Source: a virus (lineage: Duplodnaviria > Caudoviricetes). Taken from it: a stretch of 55,295 nt of DNA. Below are positions 46,060-55,117 of this stretch, piece after piece. The notes below the pieces were generated by a model. That model had not been told where the DNA came from and searched no databases. It saw only the letters and a program-made list of their open reading frames with translations. A program made the translations under genes and the position numbers. Each line of letters starts with the position of its first letter. Positions within the stretch are counted from its first letter, which is position 1. The DNA lies in the IMG/VR virus record IMGVR_UViG_3300005935_000016, positions 1-55,295 of that record, one strand, 5' to 3'.

Positions 46060-47412
46060 TTAATTTTTATTAGTATGTTCATACCACTCTCCACAGTATG
46101 TTACAATATTATCATCATCTGCTGATGCGATCTCAAATCTATATGTCGTTCCAGATTTCAAAATGATCTCACGGTTTCTGTTCACAATTCCTTGACTGGA
46201 TGCCTTTGAAGGCGTTGCTCCAGCTAGTCCATTACTCTGAGAATAAATTATTGTTCCAGGTACTGTTACAGATGGATTCATAGCTAAAGTTGCAGCACTT
46301 GTATTAGAACTATTACGATTATTATTAAAAGGAGATACAGTTACACCACCACTAACGGTAGCATCTTCATATATTATCATTTCAGTTTGTGACGTACCTT
46401 CTATTTCAAACGTCATATGTAACCATTTTGCTGTATTTGGAGTTGACACCGAAAAATCGGCCGATACTCCACTGTCTAATGTTTCGAAACTACATACATA
46501 ATAATGATCACCACTATGAATTTCTTTATGCTCATATTCAATTGTTGTTAATGCATGTGTAACACCATCCATGCTTACGGGTCTAACAGTAGAATCATTA
46601 ATTCGCGAATATAAAGTACTCGCTGTTATTAAACCGTATTTTTCATCTATATTATCAGTTGTACCTGAAATGAATTGTGCATCTATAATATTCCCTACAG
46701 CGTCAACTACTTGGGTTTTTTGCGAGCCATCTGTTTGATTCGTATCAGTTGATAATCCACTTTTGTTTATATCTACAGTATTAGTAACCGCGACTGAACC
46801 TAACATATCTACTGTATTAGTAACAACCACTGAGCCTGTCATATCAACAATATTAGTGACAGATACTGAGCCTATCATGTCGACGACGTTGGTCACGGCA
46901 ACAGAGCCCAAAATGTCTACTGTATTAGTAATAACCGCAGAACCTAAAACATCCACTGTATTAGTAACTGCAACAGAACCTAAAATATCTACAGTGTTAG
47001 TAACCGCAACTGAGCCAACAACGTGAACCGAACCTAAAATAGGAACCCCGCCACTGGCAATGTTTACAAATCCAGCATTTATCGCGTTGTCGAATATTTC
47101 GTTACCAGCACCGTTATAATTTACAATACCAAAATAACTTCCGGCTGTTAATTTTAATCTATCCCAGCTGACACCGTTGTAACCCATCAATCTAGAATTT
47201 GTATATAAACCAGTAATAGAATTAACTCGAGAATCTTGACCACCATCAGTAACGCCGGTATCTTCGCTGCCATTGGTAAGAATAACTCGTCCGATTATAG
47301 CACTACCGGCGTGAAGACCACTAACATTAACAACTCCGACCGCGGTTAAACCAGACTCGTACTCGATGAACTTGTTCATCTCTCGATCTTTCTCTGCTGG
47401 ACTAAATACCAT
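46060..47412 (-). CDS. Putative virion protein with 12-aa GSVAVTNTVD(I/M)L repeats
   Basis: About seven 36-bp repeats at about 46770-47040; beta-rich C-terminal domain. Confidence 0.6.
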   Translation of the reverse strand: MVFSPAEKDREMNKFIEYESGLTAVGVVNVSGLHAGSAIIGRVILTNGSEDTGVTDGGQDSRVNSITGLYTNSRLMGYNGVSWDRLKLTAGSYFGIVNYNGAGNEIFDNAINAGFVNIASGGVPILGSVHVVGSVAVTNTVDILGSVAVTNTVDVLGSAVITNTVDILGSVAVTNVVDMIGSVSVTNIVDMTGSVVVTNTVDMLGSVAVTNTVDINKSGLSTDTNQTDGSQKTQVVDAVGNIIDAQFISGTTDNIDEKYGLITASTLYSRINDSTVRPVSMDGVTHALTTIEYEHKEIHSGDHYYVCSFETLDSGVSADFSVSTPNTAKWLHMTFEIEGTSQTEMIIYEDATVSGGVTVSPFNNNRNSSNTSAATLAMNPSVTVPGTIIYSQSNGLAGATPSKASSQGIVNRNREIILKSGTTYRFEIASADDDNIVTYCGEWYEHTNKN

Positions 47413-47744
47413 TAATCACAACCCCCGTTTACATCTTCGATAAATTCTAAATGTTGTCGTTGTCTGTGAGTTCCTTTTCTTGCACCACGTGGACTTCGAT
47501 CTTCTTCAGTCTCACCATCACAAATATAAGCCTCAGAATACATTAAATCGTTTTGAATACCAGCAACTTTTAGCTGAGAAGGTCCCACTGTTCCAGAACC
47601 CGTATAATCTGTCCAATCTCCGATAGCGACCACATCTTCTTGGTCTAATGTTGGGTTTCCGCTGTGACATTGGTGACTAACATCTGAAACACCGATAGGC
47701 ACTGCATATTTTTTTCGACACCTGGGGCAAATTCTAATCGTCAT
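47412..47744 (-). CDS. Zn-finger protein
   Basis: CPRC..HQC. Confidence 0.6.
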   Translation of the reverse strand: MTIRICPRCRKKYAVPIGVSDVSHQCHSGNPTLDQEDVVAIGDWTDYTGSGTVGPSQLKVAGIQNDLMYSEAYICDGETEEDRSPRGARKGTHRQRQHLEFIEDVNGGCD

Positions 47745-49720
47745 TTTTTGCTAAGACCTTCGATAATCGGGACGAATCTACATCGACACTGTGGGTGAAT
47801 TGGAAGTACACCACTAGCATCTTTAATCTCGTAAACCATTCCATTCATTGGCCCGCAAATATCACACGTTCTTTCAGACAATGCTGACACCCATCGAACT
47901 TTTTCTACGTCTCTTTTTTCATAAACTTTTAAAGCACCGTTGTTGCTCAATCGAACAACTTCAGTCCTTGCAATCATAATTGGTCTAAACTTTTTAGACA
48001 ACTGTGTTTTAGGGTTTCCATCTGCATCTAAATCTAAATCGCCTTCTTTATTCATCTTTAACAAATCTGCCGGTTTAACTTCTCGTTCGATTTGTTTAGC
48101 AATTTCGTTCATTGACCAGTTGTTAGTAATACCATCATTTAAAACTACTCTCAATGAATCAATTTGTACAGTTGATAATTTTCCAGCACTTGCTTCGATT
48201 AAATTTTTCGCCCTAACCAAATCAAACCCGTCCTTTTTAATTGAATCTAAAATTTCTTCAGTATAATCTAAATAATTGAAATTTACAAACTCGGAAATCG
48301 TGAAATCTTTTGCATCATCAAACTGGTCAAAAGCTCCACCCTCGTGAACATGACATCCACATAATTGTTCTTGTCGAACCTGTGTCGGTACGATAGGTTG
48401 TCGTTCTTCTTGTTCTCTGGCCCTTTCTTCTTCTGGAGCTTCTTCAAAACTTACACCTATTAACTCACCCACAACTTTTTCAATCTCGATTCTTAATCTA
48501 AGATCTAAATCAGTTATTTTTAAAATTTCTACTAACCTAGTTAATCTAGCATTCTTTTCTGACGTTGATGGTAATCCCCAAACAAACTCTGCGTCTGCAT
48601 CAGCAAAACCGTTAACTTCTAATATTTGTTTAAATATTTGTTCTTCGATAACTTTTTCTAATTCTTCTTGTAAACTTGAAACTCGTCTTTCGAATGCATC
48701 TAATTGTACATCGGCTAAACCTTCCGATACGTTACCATCACCCAATAAAACTTCGGGTACTTGCACTGTAGTGAAAAACATTCTCCAGTTGTCTGCTAAC
48801 ACCGGTTCAAACTTTTCTGATATTTTACCGTAATCGATAACGCTTAACTCAACAAATGGACCAGTTGCGAACTCGGTCTTGTTGTTCATATATTCTAATT
48901 CTTGGCCAAACGTGTTAACATCGTCTTCAGTCGGCTCAATAGGGTCTCCATCTGCTCCCTTTCCACCCAACTTCGCCCATAATGGAGAATTTGCTTTTCG
49001 TTTTATCAACGTAAACATATCTTTTCTTGTACTGAGAATGTTATCAACGATAGGAAGTGTACAATTTACAATACCTTGTCCGTATGGACTAGTACCAACC
49101 CTGTTAATATCAAATACAGCGACTTCAGCAACATCAAATTTAATTGGATCTTCTTGTTTAGTTCCGATCACCTGACAATATCCAACTACCTTACCTTTAT
49201 TATCTTGTCTAATAAAAAACGTAGTCGGTTCAATAATCTTATATTCTTTTACGTCGCCCTCTTTATTTTTACCAATTTCTAAACCCACTGTGCCCGTAAT
49301 TAAGGCTGTTGTGATAACGTTGTCTAACACAGAATGAAATTGTGTGTCTTTCATATGTTTGTTAAGAAGGGCTGAAACACGTTCGTCTTTTGAGGTGACA
49401 TGAAAACCTGGACCCAGAATAAAATCTGTGTATTTATCAACAACAGCCTTAATAGGACCGAAAGATTTGTATAAAGCGAGAACTTGATCGTAATCAAACG
49501 GATGTTCACGAAGATCTTTACATTTTTTTGATGCTTGAGTAAAAGGAGTTTCGACTTCGTTTAATTGAGATTTAAACTCTTCTTCAACAATCTGTTTGTC
49601 TCGTTCTTTTTTGTTATAAATTATTTTGTATCTGCTTTTGTTTGTAACCGGAATTGCAGTTTTCCGCGTTTTAGAATCTCTAGATATTATATTAGAGAGA
49701 AATGATTTGTTTTTAGCCAT
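47741..49720 (-). CDS. Portal protein fused to MuF/SPP1 gp7-like head morphogenesis domain
   Basis: Portal features (YGQG, QVPEVLLG) after TerL; C-terminal IARTE..TCDIC..PIHPQCRC. Confidence 0.85.
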   Translation of the reverse strand: MAKNKSFLSNIISRDSKTRKTAIPVTNKSRYKIIYNKKERDKQIVEEEFKSQLNEVETPFTQASKKCKDLREHPFDYDQVLALYKSFGPIKAVVDKYTDFILGPGFHVTSKDERVSALLNKHMKDTQFHSVLDNVITTALITGTVGLEIGKNKEGDVKEYKIIEPTTFFIRQDNKGKVVGYCQVIGTKQEDPIKFDVAEVAVFDINRVGTSPYGQGIVNCTLPIVDNILSTRKDMFTLIKRKANSPLWAKLGGKGADGDPIEPTEDDVNTFGQELEYMNNKTEFATGPFVELSVIDYGKISEKFEPVLADNWRMFFTTVQVPEVLLGDGNVSEGLADVQLDAFERRVSSLQEELEKVIEEQIFKQILEVNGFADADAEFVWGLPSTSEKNARLTRLVEILKITDLDLRLRIEIEKVVGELIGVSFEEAPEEERAREQEERQPIVPTQVRQEQLCGCHVHEGGAFDQFDDAKDFTISEFVNFNYLDYTEEILDSIKKDGFDLVRAKNLIEASAGKLSTVQIDSLRVVLNDGITNNWSMNEIAKQIEREVKPADLLKMNKEGDLDLDADGNPKTQLSKKFRPIMIARTEVVRLSNNGALKVYEKRDVEKVRWVSALSERTCDICGPMNGMVYEIKDASGVLPIHPQCRCRFVPIIEGLSKK

Positions 49721-49765
49721 CGTAAGAACCTCAAAATTCAGTATATATTATATTAGTAAAAACAA

Positions 49766-49793
49766 TTTATAAATGTAATTTCTAGATATATAT
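49766..49793 (-). promoter_or_regulatory. Conserved late-type promoter, copy 3
   Basis: Identical 28-mer to copy 2, upstream of portal. Confidence 0.75.
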
Positions 49794-49857
49794 TTATAAT
49801 TGCACAAATAGCATAAAATCACACTTTTTCATAGAATAATACAATCGACGACCGAAT

Positions 49858-51369
49858 TTACCTTATTGCAAATCTACCAGAACTAGACTTTCGCCGTTCT
49901 TTCATTTTGGTAATACCCAAACAAGCTAATGCTAATGAATCACAAAAATCGTCGTGATAACCAGCACCTTCAGGGTGGTGACATTTCCATATGTCTCCCT
50001 TGACCTCAACCTGGAAATCCATCATCTGTCTAATGAACCTTTCTTTTTCGGGACTTTGTTTTTTTGGTATTTTTAATTTTGGTTCTTCGATAACTTCACC
50101 TTTAAAAATCACTGGGTGTAATAACGAGTGTAAACTTTTAAACATAAAATCTTTACCTTGTGAACTCATATTATATCCGATAATCTGAACCGGTAATCCC
50201 TTGCATCGTTGTCTAAGCATACTAACTCCCATGTCTTGGTTTCCAGTACTATCACACCAGATTTTACGCAATGAACTGTTGTATTTATTGTTGATAATAT
50301 CATAAATCTCTTCTACCTGAGACGCATAATCAACACCGCTGATTTCTTTCCACATGATTATTCGACCATCTGCGTCAATAACCGTGAACACTGTTGAATC
50401 GTATTGTTTACCCCAATCAATCCCGCCATATAGTTCATAAGCTCTACCATAAGTATCGAACACTTCATACTCAGTCTCTAAATCTATCAATTTCTTATAT
50501 TCGATAAACTGTCCCTTACCCAATACCCAGATTAGCTTGTATTGAACCTTGTACGCATCCGAATCTTCACTAAGGTTAAGCTCTCGCAATTCCTTATCGA
50601 TAGACTTTTGATAATTCTGATAAATAGTATCACCAGTTTTTTTGAACATTTCATCTCGTTCTTTGATTGTAACATCTACTGGAGAAACAACTTTAAAATC
50701 TTCGGGCAATGTTTCTAACATCTCCCAGAATCTACAACGCTTATAACCAGCAGTCCCGATATACAATTTGGTCGCACGTGTGTGCATACCCATGGGTGCG
50801 ATAGTGTTATCAATAACATCGTCTAACAACTTTTGTGCTTCTTCTAAAATTATTAAATTCAGCGTTTTAGATTCTGTATTAGAAGTTGATGATGCTGAGA
50901 AGCAATAAATCTGTATTGGAATATGCCCAGGTGTTTCTAATAACAATGAATTACCGTTTGCTTCGGATACTTTAAACCCATAACCTTGTTCCATTAAATC
51001 TTTCAAGTAACGTTTAATTCTATCGAAATCTGTTTTACTCTGTTGATACTGTGGAGCAAAAATTCCAATATTAAAAAATCCGGTGTTGGGTAAATTAAAC
51101 TTCTTAACTATCACCGAATAAAACATCGCAATATAAAGTACAGATATGACAAGAGATTCTGTCTTGCCACTCTGTCGGCTGAACTCTGCCGCTAGTGTCC
51201 AACCCTCGTTATTTACTACACTCTCGATTAGCTTATTTGAAAATCGCTGCTGTGATCTAAACAAACGTTTACCGAAATGTGTAAAACTGAATGCGTCTCT
51301 TGTCTTAAAAATCTTTTTTAATTGTTCTTCGTCTAATTTTGTGTTCTTATCTATTACTATTTCTGTCAT
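49858..51369 (-). CDS. terL: Terminase large subunit
   Basis: SRQSGKTE, LIILEEAQ, GTAG, GIDWGKQYD, HDDFCDS. Confidence 0.93.
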   Translation of the reverse strand: MTEIVIDKNTKLDEEQLKKIFKTRDAFSFTHFGKRLFRSQQRFSNKLIESVVNNEGWTLAAEFSRQSGKTESLVISVLYIAMFYSVIVKKFNLPNTGFFNIGIFAPQYQQSKTDFDRIKRYLKDLMEQGYGFKVSEANGNSLLLETPGHIPIQIYCFSASSTSNTESKTLNLIILEEAQKLLDDVIDNTIAPMGMHTRATKLYIGTAGYKRCRFWEMLETLPEDFKVVSPVDVTIKERDEMFKKTGDTIYQNYQKSIDKELRELNLSEDSDAYKVQYKLIWVLGKGQFIEYKKLIDLETEYEVFDTYGRAYELYGGIDWGKQYDSTVFTVIDADGRIIMWKEISGVDYASQVEEIYDIINNKYNSSLRKIWCDSTGNQDMGVSMLRQRCKGLPVQIIGYNMSSQGKDFMFKSLHSLLHPVIFKGEVIEEPKLKIPKKQSPEKERFIRQMMDFQVEVKGDIWKCHHPEGAGYHDDFCDSLALACLGITKMKERRKSSSGRFAIR

Positions 51370-51414
51370 CTTCTACATACCAACCTTTCCAAATTGCCGA
51401 TATAGATGTAATCT

Positions 51415-51570
51415 CTATTTTTTACTCTCTAAACTTAACGTTTCATCAAAAACAATCCTGTCTTTAAACTCCGCTCGTTTACCCACATTCCAGTTTTGTA
51501 TCGGTCTAATATAACCCACCACTCGACTAAATATTTCGCATTTAGTTCGTTTTAATTTTACTTCTTCCAT
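51415..51570 (-). CDS. Stand-alone NrdD-type glycyl-radical peptide (51 aa, not in ORF track)
   Basis: MEEVKLKRTKCEIFSRVVGYIRPIQNWNVGKRAEFKDRIVF matches the class III RNR C-terminal motif; GGAGG RBS. Confidence 0.85.
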   Translation of the reverse strand: MEEVKLKRTKCEIFSRVVGYIRPIQNWNVGKRAEFKDRIVFDETLSLESKK

Positions 51571-51571
51571 T

Positions 51572-51934
51572 TTATCTTTGCCTCCCGATATATTTCCAAT
51601 CGTAACTTAATCCATTATAAATTACGAGCTTTCTAACAATCCTGTGTGGTTCAACGTCGAACATCTGTTCTAAGAATCGTCGACCTTGCATAAGTTGTCG
51701 TTTTGCTTTACTTGAATCATGGCCATTAGCCTTCAGCTCGACCACTAAATATTTATCAGTGTAAAAGTATGCTATCAAATCCGGCATACTGTATTGTTGA
51801 ATTTTACCATCAGGGTGCCATATCGGCTCTTTAATCACCCACGCCAAGTCTTCTCGACTTTCCCCTATCAGATGTACATGATGACACAGATAGTCCAACG
51901 ATCGTTCGTGTGATGCTCTTCCTCGTTTAGTCAT
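51572..51934 (-). CDS. Small PD-(D/E)XK nuclease-like protein
   Basis: E..PDLI..VELK..Q motif. Confidence 0.65.
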   Translation of the reverse strand: MTKRGRASHERSLDYLCHHVHLIGESREDLAWVIKEPIWHPDGKIQQYSMPDLIAYFYTDKYLVVELKANGHDSSKAKRQLMQGRRFLEQMFDVEPHRIVRKLVIYNGLSYDWKYIGRQR

Positions 51935-52160
51935 ACGGTTTCACCATTCTTAACACATACTGCTCAGCCATGCAATAAGGCATCATACGTCCCAATCCAG
52001 CCACCCGTTGTAATGGACAATATAGTTTACCTCCACACATAACTCCAACTGAATCAACCCGAAATGAACCCCGAGCGTTGCATATACATCGTCTTACCTT
52101 ATCATCAAGGTTGCTGAACTCGTTATCTGTTAATCCTAATTGTCTATGCTTGATTTTTAA
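51927..52160 (-). CDS. Cys-rich ORF lacking a canonical start at its expected position
   Basis: 77 sense codons fill the gap exactly; begins at TTA just after a GGAG. Confidence 0.45.
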   Translation of the reverse strand, partial: LKIKHRQLGLTDNEFSNLDDKVRRCICNARGSFRVDSVGVMCGGKLYCPLQRVAGLGRMMPYCMAEQYVLRMVKPYD

Positions 52161-52606
52161 TCAATCTCCTTCTCAACTAAGAAGTCTAAATAAGCTTCCT
52201 GTTGCATTACCTCTCGTTCGATAGCTCTACTCGATACAGTAATGATTGGAACTTGACTAATTGTGTTGGTAATATCTGGGTCTAACTCCATCCTCATACT
52301 AAAATATGGTGTTAAAACTGGGTCGCCTTCAACATCTTTGTGATCTTGTCGATAAGCTAAACACTTAACGACTGCACGTTCGTAACGTTGTCCCGTTGGG
52401 TCGGTTTTTGGTAACATTTCGTAACCAACGATGTGTAACTGATACTCTAAGGTTCCCAGACCGTGTTGTCTCGCTAAATATAACCCGTTCTCTCCCTCTG
52501 TCTCTAAAAATTGATTCGCCTCTTCGTGTGTTAAAGCTTTCCATTCTCTAAACACCATTAATGCTAAATTACTCGTCATGTGACCAATACCTCCCGATTT
52601 CGTCAT
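52157..52606 (-). CDS. Hypothetical protein
   Basis: ORF; the true start is probably the MTSNL ATG after GGAGG. Confidence 0.6.
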   Translation of the reverse strand: MTKSGGIGHMTSNLALMVFREWKALTHEEANQFLETEGENGLYLARQHGLGTLEYQLHIVGYEMLPKTDPTGQRYERAVVKCLAYRQDHKDVEGDPVLTPYFSMRMELDPDITNTISQVPIITVSSRAIEREVMQQEAYLDFLVEKEID

Positions 52607-52886
52607 AAAAATACATGTGTAAATATGCGCGTAAGTCTGGATCTTCGACAGTCTCCAACGCGATTTCTTCGATCGTCAACTCTGATAACCTGTCCGAATC
52701 GTAATGGTGAGCTAATTCGTGAAATATTGTTATCATAAACTCACGACCTGAAGCTATCTCATACGGATTGTAAAAAATCGTTGATTGACTCGGCTCATAA
52801 AGTCCGCTTAGCCCGACTTTATAAAATCTTTTAACTTCTAATTCGGCCAAACCGTCAACGATATCATCTAAAGATAATACAAACAA
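52569..52886 (-). CDS. Small HExxH zinc metallopeptidase-like protein
   Basis: GLY..TIFHELAHH..E; TTG start after GGAGGT. Confidence 0.7.
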   Translation of the reverse strand: MFVLSLDDIVDGLAELEVKRFYKVGLSGLYEPSQSTIFYNPYEIASGREFMITIFHELAHHYDSDRLSELTIEEIALETVEDPDLRAYLHMYFYDEIGRYWSHDE

Positions 52887-52972
52887 TTTGACCTCCGATA
52901 ATATTAAAAAAAGTTTTAGAATTATATTGTGTTTGGATAGCGCACATTTTATATTTATAGTTAACCTCTTGA

Positions 52973-53002
52973 TTTATTTAAATGTTATTTCTAAATATAT
53001 AT
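52973..53002 (-). promoter_or_regulatory. Degenerate copy of the late-type promoter
   Basis: TTTATTTAAATGTTATTTCTAAATATATAT. Confidence 0.5.
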
Positions 53003-53071
53003 CTGAACGGTCGAATGTGTCTACACCGACTACTCTAAATTTTCCACTGGGTGCTTTTAATTCTAAGCGCG

Positions 53072-53536
53072 TCATTGTTCGTCCTCACTTTTTTCCGCGA
53101 TCGGAACCAACGACACACTCTGCAACTCATCGCCTTCAAACGTCGGAACAATCTTAGCAGTACCATCGTCTAATTTGTGTATAGTTTCGCTAAGATGTTC
53201 AGTTGTCTGTCTAAAAGTCGCATCATATTCATGCGCATAATCAACTCCCATAACAACATCTGATTTGTCGAACTTCACCTTAAAACCGATATCTTCCGAT
53301 AACTCACTCTTAATAACCCCATACAACTTCTTACAGTCCCAAAGCGCCTGTTGTATAATATTCCTAATAACTCTTTCACGAATCTCGACACCTTTATATT
53401 GGTTATTACCACCACGTCTGTTAAGTTGATTAATCGCCTTTTCCACGATATCGTCTGAGTTGCTAATAGAGTACATCGGCACTAACTTCTTTTTTACTTC
53501 TTCATCTACTAATTCTTTCTCTTTTGTTTCTTTCAA
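53072..53536 (-). CDS. Hypothetical protein
   Basis: TTG start after GAGGTGA. Confidence 0.6.
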   Translation of the reverse strand: MKETKEKELVDEEVKKKLVPMYSISNSDDIVEKAINQLNRRGGNNQYKGVEIRERVIRNIIQQALWDCKKLYGVIKSELSEDIGFKVKFDKSDVVMGVDYAHEYDATFRQTTEHLSETIHKLDDGTAKIVPTFEGDELQSVSLVPIAEKSEDEQ

Positions 53537-53561
53537 ATTATATCACCTCTTTTAACTATGA

Positions 53562-53789
53562 TTAATGACGCGGACACTTGCGGTATTGACGTGTTGATGT
53601 TTGTGATTCTTGAGCTGGTAATTCGCGATATTTGACGCACCGGCCACTTTGTTCTTTGTATGCGCAACTACCGTCTAATGAACAAATGTAAACGTTAATT
53701 CCTTCGCCGGTTATTTGGTGCAACGGGTCTTCAGATGTTCTACATGCTTCGATTCGGTCTTCGATTGTTGTCATTGTATTCTGTACCAC
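53562..53789 (-). CDS. Small Cys-rich protein
   Basis: C..C-x5-C..C spacing. Confidence 0.55.
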   Translation of the reverse strand: MVQNTMTTIEDRIEACRTSEDPLHQITGEGINVYICSLDGSCAYKEQSGRCVKYRELPAQESQTSTRQYRKCPRH

Positions 53790-53959
53790 GCAGCTTCTCC
53801 AGAGCGTTGATGATATAAGTTAGTCGATTGTTTTTGATTACATCGATGACACGTTCTCACGCTTGGTTGATATATTTCGTTATCGTTACTATTAGTAAAT
53901 TTAATAACACTCGAATACACCCACTCGTGAAACCCTAACCAACATCTAACTGAACTCAT
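53771..53959 (-). CDS. Small Zn-finger protein
   Basis: CWLGFHEW..CHRC, same pattern as 19368-19517. Confidence 0.6.
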   Translation of the reverse strand: MSSVRCWLGFHEWVYSSVIKFTNSNDNEIYQPSVRTCHRCNQKQSTNLYHQRSGEAAWYRIQ

Positions 53960-54255
53960 CTAAACAGCTTCTCCCAAAACGTTTTCTTTCGCCGCTTCTT
54001 CGGCTTAACTTCCTCGGCATCTTCAGTTAATATAACCTCAATCAGCTCGTCTAAATTCAACATCAGCGGGTTGTGGCCGTTGTATGTCATCGCGCCTAAA
54101 TTCAAAACAGCCATGTACGATTTTGGACTTGCTAAATACCTTACAACATATACACAGTTTAATAAAAAGTCGGGCCGAACGGTCACAAAATAATCGTTGG
54201 TCTCTAATGCGTTTAATCGCAATTCGTCTAAAATTTGTTCTTTTGTTAATTCCAT
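53956..54255 (-). CDS. Hypothetical protein
   Basis: Real start probably ATG 54255 (MELTKEQ) after GAGGTGA, not 54327. Confidence 0.6.
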   Translation of the reverse strand: MELTKEQILDELRLNALETNDYFVTVRPDFLLNCVYVVRYLASPKSYMAVLNLGAMTYNGHNPLMLNLDELIEVILTEDAEEVKPKKRRKKTFWEKLFR

Positions 54256-54341
54256 AGTATCACCTCGGGGAAATAGCGGGACGATTATAGTCGCGCCCAC
54301 GACTTTGCATGAAAATGGACCCACCAACCAGGTGAGACTAT
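54254..54341 (-). promoter_or_regulatory. GC-rich structured 5' leader sequestering SD and start codon
   Basis: AUAGUCUCACCUGG pairs with CCGAGGUGAUACUAU; internal hairpin GCGCGAC/GUCCCGC; TATA box at 54381-54388. Confidence 0.5.
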
Positions 54342-54424
54342 TAAAACGTAGTGAGTATGATTTGTTAGCAACTTCACTTGTTTATAAATATATACAACCA
54401 TACTAGTTTATAAATATTATTATT

Positions 54425-54628
54425 CTATAGAATATACTTCGCTAAAATAGCTCAGATAACAATTGTTAACGGAATCCAAATGTACTAAGAAGTTAATACG
54501 ACTTGTAATGCAGACAAATCCTGGTGTCTATATCTAAATGATAAAAGACCCGAAACAAAAATTATTGTGAATAAGCTGACTAAATATTTTGCGAATAACT
54601 TTTTGATGAATTTAATCATGAGGATCAT
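54425..54628 (-). pseudogene. Small membrane protein interrupted by TAG and TGA
   Basis: TM1 ..VLTS*YIWIPLTIVI*AILAKYIL*; stops at 54487-54485 and 54454-54452. Confidence 0.4.
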
Positions 54629-54634
54629 CGTTTG

Positions 54635-55117
54635 TCATCTCTCACCCTCGCTCTTAACATCGTCCAAACACTCATCACATAGGTAACTCTTAGTCACCAA
54701 GCTGCTAACTTCCCAGTCGCAATTCTCTGCCCGGAACACGTTAACATATTGGTCAGGAGTGTGGACTGCTGCCCTTGCCCCACACACCTGACACGTTCCG
54801 TAACACTCTTTTGAAATTTTAGTAGAGTCTCCACCCAACAAATGAATAAATGCGAGTCTGTCGAAATAAGTAATCGGTACTAAGTTGCTAAGTAAAGTCG
54901 CCTCAACGAATTTCCCAGCATCTTCAAGCTCGTGTACCTTTCTAAGAATAATAAACTTAACCGCGAACATAAAGTCGCCACGGTCGCACTCTAACTGAGT
55001 TAACAATTGTTTATTGTCAACGTTTTTCATGTTAGAATGTTTAAAATCTTTGTGCAACTTACCGATAGTGTCGATGTCTTTGAAATTGATTCCTTTGATT
55101 GTTTTGTTGTCTTTCAT
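54635..55117 (-). CDS. Zn-finger protein
   Basis: CQVC..CDEC. Confidence 0.6.
   Translation of the reverse strand: MKDNKTIKGINFKDIDTIGKLHKDFKHSNMKNVDNKQLLTQLECDRGDFMFAVKFIILRKVHELEDAGKFVEATLLSNLVPITYFDRLAFIHLLGGDSTKISKECYGTCQVCGARAAVHTPDQYVNVFRAENCDWEVSSLVTKSYLCDECLDDVKSEGER

Noticed and set aside
46770-47040. CRISPR-like array (36-bp period; Cas4-like gene in genome)
   Set aside because: Contiguous codon-degenerate protein repeats without spacers; no CRISPR array was seen anywhere.
54254-54341. tRNA gene
   Set aside because: No T-loop GTTC motif or cloverleaf; kept only as a structured leader.
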